A DNA stretch of 59,696 nt, filler included, from Porpidia crustulata (Eukaryota), in assembly GCA_964255105.1 (NCBI GenBank). It is 5 parts of 5 records of this genome, joined end to end, with 100 filler letters (N's around TTAATTAATTAA, not from the genome) between each part and the next. Parts side by side here need not be neighbours in the genome. Positions count along the whole stretch, not along the records: positions 23,941 to 35,795 come from CAXUWE010000590.1; 4 more parts are not named here. One strand, given 5' to 3'. The notes under the pieces are model-generated. The model was given only the letters and a program-made list of their open reading frames with translations, searched no databases and was not told the DNA's origin. This document shows, one piece after another, positions 25,151-35,895 of this stretch. The translations under genes were made by a program, and so were the position numbers. Within the stretch, counting starts at the first letter, position 1; every line of letters starts with the position of its first letter.

Positions 25151-28100
25151 TCGTAAAGTGTATAGGGATGGTTTGAGTAAGGCAAGAAGATCCGTGTCTG
25201 AGAATACTCAGATGGGTATCTGCTCTGTGATACATATTCAACGGAGCGTCATGCGAGTGTTTGAAGACGGAAGCCTATCTCATCAGACTGCGTGTCGTGC
25301 AAGTCGCAACTAGCGTTTGATATTGGTCCGGAGCGGATCGAAGCCCGTGTTCCATCAGTGGGAGACGCTCACGCGAGGGGTTCATGCAAGATCTGGTCTC
25401 GGGGAAGTCCTGTTCTAGTTCTGGAGCTCGCTCTGTTCGAAGGTATGGGTCCGCGATGCTTTGATGGGCTTTGCCTCTGGATAAGTATTCAGCCTAGCGG
25501 TCTCGCTCATCAGCAGTGGGCGGAGGTTATCAGGGGAAAGTCGGAGGAGTGTCAGAGTCGGTATCATATCCTCTGGATCAGATCGTTAGGTACCAGCTAT
25601 AAATTGAAGGCGTTGATGTGGTCCGGAATGATCTTGTATTCGCACGTTTACGTTCCATTTGACAGAAGAGGGACATCTGGTAGCTCGTCTTCAGAGTATG
25701 GAGATGATAGCCCTGGTCGACAGGAGCTTTCGAGTGCGTCCTTTGGATTCTGAAGGCATTGGAAGCTAGTCCTAGATTATGGCCCAGAGAATGGGAGGTC
25801 AACCAGAGCTCTCTGCGGTTTGCTCTTGGGAGGGGACGGCTTTCTCGTAGAAATCATCCGACTTGTTCTGCAGCCTCTGAGTGGATGTGAGACTAAAGTG
25901 CACTTTAGGAGGAGCGTGCAATCGTTCAAGCGAGTGTACTCAGATGCCTGATAACGTTGGCTACTGATTCGATGTCAGACCAAGAGGTGGTGAGGAGGAA
26001 GCCCGCTTGAGCCCTACAAGGCAGTATTCAGGAGTTCATCCAGATCTAGCGATCCGCAGTCAATGCACGCACGCGTCTCAATTGGAATCCATCACATTGA
26101 TCTTGGGATAAGAGTGGGTCTTCTCGAGATCAGAAAGAGATGACATAACGAACATCTGGTCGTGAGCTTCAGACCTGCAGACCTTCAGACTCACACATCA
26201 CCTCTAGTGTAACAGTGAGCCATTATTGCACTCGATACGCATCTGGCCGATCACCTTGACAATCATCTAGAACTCCAGGTTCAGGATCATTCAGCAGTGA
26301 TGAGAGAACTTAGAGCAATCAAGAGATTTCTGCAATCTGCGCATATTCCGGTGCCAGGTGAAACCCTTACAGTCTACCGAAACGGCAAGGAAATCCAACC
26401 AATATTCTTCGCTTCATTCCAGCGGGGATCAAATTTTTTCACCCTAATTTCCTATGAGGGTTGGCCAACAGCCACAAAGCCTTTTGTGAATTCCACTGAG
26501 GGCCAGCGCAGAGTGCGCGGGTTCTCTATATTATTGACCAATACGAGAGAATTCCTGCTCCAGTGTGCTGCATGCGAGACCCTAGAGTCCCCTGAATTTC
26601 GTAATATCATATGCTGGATCTATCACAATTGTCCAAGGTAGGCACTCTGTGCAGGTGAGCTAATTGTTTCAAGCGCGTTGATCTAATCTTGACGATTGGT
26701 GCTTGCGGCACATGTTGGTGATGATCAGGCACTTCCATTACGAGTTTGGGAGTGTGGTCGGACACAGGATTGACCAGCAGGAGAGCGGATTTAAAATAAT
26801 AATATTATCGATCGATGATACGATAGGAAAGTTCCTTGCGTGTCGCGGATGTCGTGTCACTAGTAAAAATGGACTTCTTAGGTAGGTAGATAGGGAGCGG
26901 GAGATCACCAGGTGTCATTGGCGCGCAGGTGGTGAGAAGGAAATGACGAGGTTGGTATAAGCGTAAGTGTAAGCGGCGATCAAGTATATGAAGGAAGAAA
27001 AGCCGAGATAATTGGCCGCGAAAGGATTTTGGTCAAGGTGTAATAAGTCCTGGTTTTCTCCGGTCAATTCGCTGCCAATCATGAAGCACAGACCATAAGG
27101 TACTCCTGCATCCCGGCTCCCCCCCGCGCACCTGGGAGCAGAAAGGCTTCTCCAACCTGATTCCGTGACTATCACGACTAGGGTATGTGTCCTATCAGCT
27201 GCCCCCTTTACAAAGATGTGAGAGGTCATTTAATAAAAGGACTACGCTTTGAATTTTTAGGACTCGTATGCACGGTGGCAAGGAGGAATCCCCGCCATCC
27301 AGCTGCCTGATTCCGCAGACGGCGGAAGAATAATCTCCACAACAATGCAGGGAAGTCTCCTTTGAGATTTTGACTGCCATGAAACGCGGGAGCATACTGA
27401 TCAATGGCGGTCAATCCGGTGGCTACCATCTTCGAAAGCTGACACTGCCTAGTGCCTGTACTGCTCATATGCCTCACGGCGAAATATTGTGGTAAAATAC
27501 ACGGTATCGAGATAATAAGATACTGTACGGTATTGCAGCATCTATTCTAGGGCAACGGTGAAGCCCTTTTCTCAATCTTCTCCAGAACCCTTGGTCTGGC
27601 GATCTGTCCGAGTGTTTCCTCTGCGATGCCGTTGATGAAAGAAAGCTAATGATTCACTGTCTTGCAAGATCGCGGTAAGCCGTATTGTAAATGATATATA
27701 GCGGGCAATAGTCGGCTCGTCTACTACCTATGATGTTTGCCCAAAATTCGGACGAAGCCGGCGGCTGAGGCTGGGGAGCGAACGTGGACTTACCCGCAGA
27801 CTAGACACGCTAATCCTAAAGAGTCGAAGCCCCAGCCGATTTAACCCTATGGAGTGCAGACCATTCTCTCTTTTAACTCATCAAATTACACAACTGCATT
27901 TCTGAAATCATTCACTCACATAAATTGACTGCACTCCAAATTCTAGCACTTGTAACTGTACGACGATGTTCATTGCTCGATCTCATGTCTTAGAAATTCA
28001 ATGATGGGTTGGAGATCAGTGTCGCTTTTTTTGGCCCCCGCGCTTTGAGGTAAACCGGTCGCTAAGCTCTTTGTAGTTTGGAACCGATCTTGTCTGAAAT

Positions 28101-28234
28101 AGGGCTAGGTCAACTAGCCGTATAAGAGTTAGCTGCCGCTCCTGGGCGCGGCTATTTGGTAGCATGGAAGGTGGAAGGTACCCAAGACACTCAAGCTAGA
28201 GTAAGGTACCTACAGCAACGATGATGTCGATTCA

Positions 28235-30906
28235 TTAGAATCTGTTCATGCATTTCACACCGGCCCTAACACACTTGTAGCATGGGAGTTCAGAGGCTTT
28301 CCGAACGCATTTCGCTCTAATTTGTCGACATCTACGACACGCTTTCGGCAGCGTCGAGCTGTCAAGCTGTTGCTGGGTTAGGGCGTCATCGGCGGGGTGA
28401 AGGTAGGGTGATGGCGAGCCTTTAAGACCTACGACTTTAGTTCCTGATGCTGGTGAGAAACTCCCAAGTCTTCGGCGCACAGGCGTTTCGAGGGACACTG
28501 GCTTTGTAACTTCAATAGCTCCAGCGCAATTCAGGAAAGCTGGCTTTCTGATGGGGTCGTCACCCCATGAGACTGCATCAGGAAATTTCCCAGTGCGAGG
28601 AATGATAATCTCGTAGGTAATCCGTGGGTAATCGAAAGATATTCGGACTTCGTACTCCATTCGCAGGTAAAACTTGTTGGTTCTTTTGTTTCGGACCTTT
28701 TCAAAGGGTCCTCGATCAATGTCAGAAAGATCCATGTGGAGCTTCCCTATCACTGCTATGTCTTTCGCTCACTTCAGTACTGTCCGAGATATATGGCAGC
28801 CAACTCACCATTGCTAGGGTCATGGACTGCTAGGTGATCTCGCTTTTCCTTATGGGAACCATATAACGTCTCTTCTATCTTGATAGGTTCTTTCAGCCAG
28901 GCGCCGCGCCAACCCCGCAGAGTCCTCACGCAACCTCTTTCTATCTTTTCGTCCTGGCTCAAGTCAGTCCAATGTTGCAGCAGCAGCCTGTTCTGTGTAA
29001 GTCCAGATATACCAGTTTGAACAGCCAGTTTATACGATCCTGAACGCTTCTCACGCCATCGTGTTGATCAATTGTTGGTTTAGCGTCACCGTGTATATCT
29101 TCAATGTACTGCTCATCCCATGCTGTCCCAAAACTACGGCGAAGATATCTCTCCGTAATTGCATCTTTATGCATTGCTCTGAGAATTGCTCCATCAGATA
29201 CAATTGAAGCGCTGAAAGGACAATCATTAGTGGCCTGTCATTCCACGAAGTGGCTTCACTTACGAGTTTCCTTTCGGTGTTATGAGGTCGATCGGATAGC
29301 CCATACGAGGTGGTGTGCCCGTACCGAATACTTGATTCAACGAAAACCAAATGTGCTTATTTCCGCTCAATCCTCCCACGAAGATAATTCTCTAGAAGCG
29401 GATCAATGTGAGTATACTCCCTAGAACCAACTCAAAGTTACCTTTATTTTTTGACCAGACGTACTCGAGTATTTCTTGTTGAAGCTTCTGATTTGTTTTT
29501 CGATCATGGAGATGATTTGATCAAGGGTTTTGCGGAAAACCTCTCGAATATGAATACTGTTGATCCTCAGCATCTCTACACCAGGGTGTGACGACCTTAT
29601 ATACGTACCTGGACAACTGGACACGGTTTGAAAGGATTGCTTTCGATGGGGTTGGTATTAGACCAGGTATATGTATGCTCATGTTCTTATCTCTGGCAGC
29701 ATCTGAAAACCCGTTAAATTCCTTTTTAGCATTTTCGAAACTTGCACAAGCTATGTCCAGGATCTTGTTTGTGTGCTCTGTTGTGTTTGGCATTCCCAGA
29801 TGTTGTAGGAAGGTTGGCATCAAATCTTTGGTGTACGTGGTAAAAAATTGTCGAAAATTGTCGTTCAATAACGCAGAGCCACATAGACAGCCTGGAAATC
29901 AGATCAGCTTAACGTTCAGTCATCCGAACAGTGCCACAGACCATCGCCACGGACGCCTTCTCTCATTCTAAGTATTGAGCTATTCGTATCAACCATGTAG
30001 GTGATGAAATCCTAAGCAGCACGTATCAGTGAAAGTTGTCTATGTTTGTGCATAGCATCTCGACATACACCGGTTCCACCTCCAATGTCCGCAACTAAGA
30101 AGGGATCATAGAGCTTTCGAGATTAGTCCTAATCTCCATAATCGGATAGCTTGATCAAATCGACTCACATAGGGTTTTTTGCTTTGATTTGCCTCAATAG
30201 TATGTCGAAGTAACAACGCCTCTTCCTGTTCTTTTTCGCGAAGATAGAACGCAGCCGCAGCCTCGGATTCGGAAACAATGTCAGGGTTTGGGAGACCTGC
30301 TATCTCTGCTGCAGTCACCATTGTCTGGTTTATCTCGGGTGTCCACATAGCAGGAACGCAAAGTACGCACTGAACATCCGAAGTGCTATATATTTCCTCG
30401 CTAGCTGATGTACCGTAGGTCTTGACTATCTCGTCCTTTGCGAAACCGTAGAGGCGAGCTAAGAAAATACTTATAAGGTCCTCAATCAGAGGGGTTCTTG
30501 GCTCGTTATCTGTCCTCCAAGAGCCTGGTGGAATCCTCGAAAGTTGGGCTGTGTGCTTTGCTCGAATGTCTTCTGTTGCAGGAGATTTCTCAAGACCAAG
30601 TTTCAGCAATACAATGCGATCTTCCTCCGGAATTTCTCCGTCACTAATATGACTATCGACAGATTCACCCCACACAAAATCTTGGAACTCGGAATGCCAG
30701 GCAATCTGGGTCTTGACTTGGTTTTCCGAAAAGCCCGATTGTCCGAAACGCACGGGCTCTAGCTTAATGTCATTAAGGGCAGTCGTTGACGGCTGTTGAG
30801 AAGAACTCCATTCTTGGAGAGCAAATGAAACGGCAGCATAAGTTGTTCCATAATCGATACCGAGGATCAATTTCCTAATGATCTGTGGGTTATTTGCTTC
30901 GTCCAT
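28235..30906 (-). CDS. Non-canonical Hsp70 (HSPA12-like actin-fold ATPase) with a C-terminal Zn(II)2Cys6 cluster, ~9 exons
   Basis: Motifs LGIDYGTTYAAVS, VLCVPAMW, VSESEAAA, VADIGGGTGD, CGSALLNDNF, IIFVGGLSGN, IVSDGA and YLRMEYEVRISFD. The terminal exon continues without a stop to CRRCRQIRAKCVRKASELPCYKCVRAGVKC. The GT-AG junctions I checked are in phase. Confidence 0.88.
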
Positions 30907-31377
30907 CTTGTGCACCTTCAACGTCTTTTGGGGACCGAAAAAAAAGAAGCAAGAGAGCGTAATAGCAATTTAGATGACTATACACAGCTCCTGGCGGGAA
31001 CGGGAAGACTTAACTTCGGTGTGTCAGGTCTAGAGTTTGGACAGGGGGGAACTGGATTTTCCAGGGAAGCTAATCTCCTTGAATAAGTGTTTTTCGAGAC
31101 CCTTTCCATACTTTACAAGGGGGAGATATACCAACTAAGTTTGTAAAATACAACATACGGTTTACTAATAAATATTTCAACTACCAAGTATGCACACCCG
31201 ACCCCTCTACTCCTCAAAATATTCTAAGTCGCGTTCGCACTAATTCAAAAATAAAGACTGGGTATTCCTCAATATCTGCATCAGGTCTTGTTTCTTCTTC
31301 GATCCTCTATATTCACAAGGCGTCGCGCGATAAAGTACTACAAAGCACGACATTGGCGCTCAAGGATACGGCTCGCA

Positions 31378-33070
31378 ATGCATCTTTGGACCGATGCAAT
31401 GGTAGAGGCTGCTTTAGAATTTCTTAGACTGAACAAAGGCTCTGGCGGGCTCTTCGAAACTAACAACCGCGAAGCACTGGAACAGGCAAAGAACTTCGTG
31501 ATGCAACAATGTCCCGGAGTAAACATCACTATTTGTCAACTAAGATCCAAGTATCATGCCTTGTGGAGGACCTGGCGTAAAGAGGATCTTCCAGGTGGCG
31601 GCTCCATCTACCGGTTAGGCCCTGATGCCCTTAAGTCGATTCACAGGCGACAAACTGTATCCATCTCAGATCGCCTCAGTGGGAGGAAAGCTGCGATTTC
31701 TGCGCGGAATTGTGTCCCAATCAAACACCATCGACAATTGCGAGCGCGAGCCATCGACTACACTGAAATGTCGCCGATGACCGATGATTCTGGAAGGTAA
31801 ATTCTTTCTCCAATGCCCTAGGCTTGAGGACAGCAGTATTGATTTGGCTATTTCCAGAGATGTGGCCAAGTGTGATACATCCGATGTCCCTCAACCAAAT
31901 ACAAATAAATCTGGCATTATTGTTCTTGTTCAAGAATGTGAGACGACTAGACGGCAAGCATCCTTGAGCTCCACATATACCTCATCTTCGCCACTTACGG
32001 AAATGAGTCCGATGCAGCCCGAGATTTCCCAAGAAGGCTGTGGCAAGACTGGAGGTGGAGGCAGATTCGCAGCGGGATCTAGTAGGTCAGAATTCGATGT
32101 AATCCTGTCGTACACTAAGTTCTATGAAGGTACCCAAACTAGAAGCTGGGCAACGGTGAATGATCGTCTGTTTGGAAACTCAGAAGTGTGTTTACCAACC
32201 CGAGATGATCTGGAATACTTGCAAGGGATCACGATGAAAGAGATATTGTTCTCTGTTTACGCCCTTCTTGAGTCTACGGCCACGGCATACGAGGGGACTC
32301 AAGAGATACATACGTCAGTCGCTTGCTTGCCGTTCTTTGAAATTTGCAAAACCGTTTACGGCGTAGGCAATAAAGCCGATCTATTGATCATTTTCGGGGA
32401 TTTGCAGTTCCAAAGTCCAATTTCTTTGGGAGTTTTTCTACGTGCTCTGATCGGCGCTGCTGTATATGAATGGGTATTCGACGGCTGTCATGATTCTCCT
32501 CTGAATGACCTTGACAGTCGAACAGGGATACCAGCAAGATTCATGAGCGAGATCGAGAAGCGTGAGTGGCCTCTTACAGCTATACATATATGAACTCTGA
32601 TTCTAATACGAGCATCGAATGCAGGGCATCCCGAAGAGTATAAGGATGTACTTCGGCAAAGCAAACACGGCTTCATGAAGGAGGAGCTTGATCTTGATTT
32701 CATTGCTGGAGAGCTTGCGACCCGTCTCACGCACGCTCTAGGCCCATTCCTGAATAAACATCTTGTCAACACGACCAACCTCGAGAGTCTCAGAGCGTGG
32801 CGCAAAGACTTGCACAAGGTTTTCGTTTCTGCCATTAACCTCAAGAAGGCAGTACTGCTGAGCGATAACAAGTTCACATTTCTATGGCCTAGCGCAGGTG
32901 AATGTTCCAACCATAGGACGATGAAGACAGACAACGGGAGCTACGTTGAGCGTGACCGAAAGGTACGCATTGGATTGTTTCCAGCTTTGCTCCCGGCATG
33001 GGAACCGAGTACAACCTTAGATCGGTCCAGGGAAAGAAGTGTATTTCCAGCCATTGTCACACTGCAGTGA
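31378..33070 (+). CDS. Hypothetical protein: N-terminal Myb/SANT-like domain plus C-terminal helical/GrpE-like domain, probably 3 exons
   Basis: N-terminus WTDAMVEAALEFL...ITICQLRSKYHALWRTWRK. C-terminal part LRALIGAAVYEWVF...FLWPSAG...VRIGLFPAL...RSVFPAIVTLQ*. Intron 32562-32623 is canonical. The first junction needs a very short intron (31797-31833/31836). Confidence 0.7.
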
Positions 33071-33894
33071 TAAGGTGTCTCTACCCCTTACTAGTCTTGG
33101 CTCGCTGGTAATATAGATGAGGTAGATTTCGAGTCTCTGGCTTCTAGGATGTTTGATTTGCCGTAACGGCGGGGGCCTAGAGCTGTGTGCTGATGTTATG
33201 ATGGGTCTTACATGGGGTTCGTGCACGTCAATTAGCTGGGCTAACAAACGATACATCGGTCCAAACCCAAGAGTCGGCACCTCAGGTGCAGTACATAGGT
33301 GTCCTCAACTAAGTATCGGCAGGCCGCTGCATGAAGATCCCAGTCTAGCAGTATGAGTCAACGGGTTTATTGCTGGAATGCCGTACACCCCTTGATCCAG
33401 ACACCGGGACTTCCATCTAAATTCAGCGATCCAATCAGGGCGAGCAGGTCATTTGTCATTTGTAGGTGGTCTTCATGCACAAGCCCGCAGCAACCATCCA
33501 CGATGCTCCGTTACATTGCCCCTGTAATTTGTCGATACAGGAGTAGTTAAGCCGGACGTGGAGATCGACCGGAGGGATACGAGCTGAAAGAATGCTTCGT
33601 GTCGAGCAAGGTCTGTCGCGCACCCATGAAAATCAATGCCAAAGCGCTACCGTGAGACCCTGCTGCCCGTTAGCTTCTGGGCCGGCTGGTGCAGTGGAGG
33701 TGATTTTGGTCGGAGTCTACCGCACAACAGACAGCCTCTGATAAAAATGATCTCGGTTATGTCGAAAATGCACACTCCCAATCCTCCGTGCCGAAATTCT
33801 CGTGCTATAAAAGCTCGTTCCTCGATCCTTCTCCATTGCCATTCCATTCGATTCACTTCACGCTGCATCCAACCGAATACCCACTCCCATTACC

Positions 33895-34593
33895 ATGACA
33901 GCTAGAGATTCAAGGGAGATCATGGACCAATTTGCAGTATTCTGTCAAGCTCTTGGAAATTATGTACAAATAAGACTCGCTTCAGTAGACACAGCGGCGG
34001 TTGAGGGGTTTGATACTCTGATAGCTACCGTCATTGTAAGCGTCTCGAACTCCCACTCGTTCATCGAGCTGATTCTGTTAAATCTTTCTCAGCAAGCTCT
34101 CAATGAGTGGCTGGAAGAGAAGATCTTTCATGCGAGATCAGAGATATCAAATCAAGCGGGTCGGTCCTCGGACGACAGCTCATCCAGCAGTCACTAGGGA
34201 TACAACGCATCGAGTTGTATCTATTCCAAAAGGTATCTTTCTATCCTTTGGTGTCCGTATTCTCTCGAGACTGCTGATCACGATAGGATTAGACATTATG
34301 CCTGTACACGGCCCACAAACGCCATGAAGGCCTCCAGGCGCCTGAACGACACGCTTCCACTACCTCTTCCTCGCCGACTAAGACATTTCAGGGCGTACGC
34401 AGCGCATTCTTTTGAGAAAGATCGATTTTGCGGAGGAAGAAGGAAGGCGGTTTGGAGGAAGTGGATGAACGGCGACTGGCTTGCACGACGCTTAACAAAA
34501 GTTTTGATATATTTTGATAGAAGATGTACAATAAGTGCAATAAATCTCTTTACCAAAGAATATAAACGTGCCGCTCTCACGCGTAAAGACTGA
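33895..34593 (+). pseudogene. Three-exon hypothetical gene with one in-frame TAG (or a short two-exon gene ending at 34197)
   Basis: Introns 34036-34092 and 34233-34286 splice ORF 33895-34197 in frame to ORF 34324-34593. The only interruption is TAG at 34195-34197. Confidence 0.45.
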
Positions 34594-35795
34594 AGAACTG
34601 AAGCCTTTTCTATACTCTACGTGCTAAAGAAAGAAATGCTCCAAGGTGAGCAACGTGGCTCTTTGAGAAAGATCCGGAACCTACCAAAATGCCTGTGAGT
34701 GGTTCATCCCTCACGACGATGACTCGTACCTCATACCACTCGCCCGAAAGGAGCCCCGACACTTGGAAACCCAATCTTTGAATGGTACAAGCGAATAGGT
34801 ACTTGAACAACCTTATCATTCAAAAGTCGCCTCGAAGCTGACCAGTCACTGCCGCGAATTGGAATCACGAGAGGAAACATTGGACACGAAGACTTGAATA
34901 GCTCACCTCGTTCATTACCTCTCAACCCGCATTGCTCATAGATCAGCTTCATCAACTCCCTCTGCACCGTCTCAGAATCTCCTGGCCCAGCTTCCGGAAA
35001 GAGTCAGAATAGTATCGCCTGGTAGGTCACTGGGTCTTTGCCCTCTATCTATTACTGACGCACCTCCAACAAATGGCTCTTCACGCACGCACGTTCCAGA
35101 GCTACCTACTTCTCACGGAACAAAGATCCGCCAGGACGAGAAATGGTTCTGGAATAATAATATGACGAAGCTGCAAAGCCCAGGGTATCTGAGCTCGAGA
35201 AAGAATGCAACAGACGAACGAACGACGCGGCTGACTATTTCAATTCCAAATCGAATCGACAAAAGCGGACTGTGTTTTTCTACTTCCCAAAGAAATATCG
35301 CGTCCCGCTTTATATGCAAGTCAAAAACTTACTATATGCCATCCCTAAGACAAAGGGTAGAGTAAATTCCCATGAAACGGAAGGAAACGCTGATGTTGGA
35401 CCTCCGTCTTGACAGTTGGCGGCTGGTGGTTTCGACCTGGAGGATGGTTGTTCCGATCCGGAGCGCGCGAAGATCAGAAGCCCACCACTCCCTCCTGTTG
35501 GCATACCAGGTATGAATTTGATGGCATTGATGTTGTTGTTGTTGTTGCTGGGAGGAGGGCTATCTCGGAGGTGAAAAGGAGAAAGGAAACTTTCTTCTAG
35601 CGTCTCCAGCCCCATGTGGCGGAGATTGCCAATAAACCCCCCCCCCTGAATTCCAACACCTCCCCTTGACTATATGAATGGACGAATGACATCTAAACAA
35701 ATATGAAATCGTAAAATCGAGTCTGTATATTATTAAATATAAGTGTTGAGATATATGATGGGCTGACTTAGGGTGAAAAGGGTTGTGGATTGAGT

Positions 35796-35895
35796 NNNNN
35801 NNNNNNNNNNNNNNNNNNNNNNNNNNNNNNNNNNNNNNNTTAATTAATTAANNNNNNNNNNNNNNNNNNNNNNNNNNNNNNNNNNNNNNNNNNNN
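35796..35895. other. Artificial contig linker
   Basis: N44-TTAATTAATTAA-N44. Confidence 0.99.

Noticed and set aside
25900..27500. Short ORFs that might be a transposase or gene relic
   Set aside because: No DDE, reverse transcriptase or tyrosine recombinase motifs recognised; the frames are heavily interrupted.
34610..35350. Fragmentary minus-strand exon-like pieces with GT-AG signals
   Set aside because: Could not assemble a stop-free model or recognise a family.
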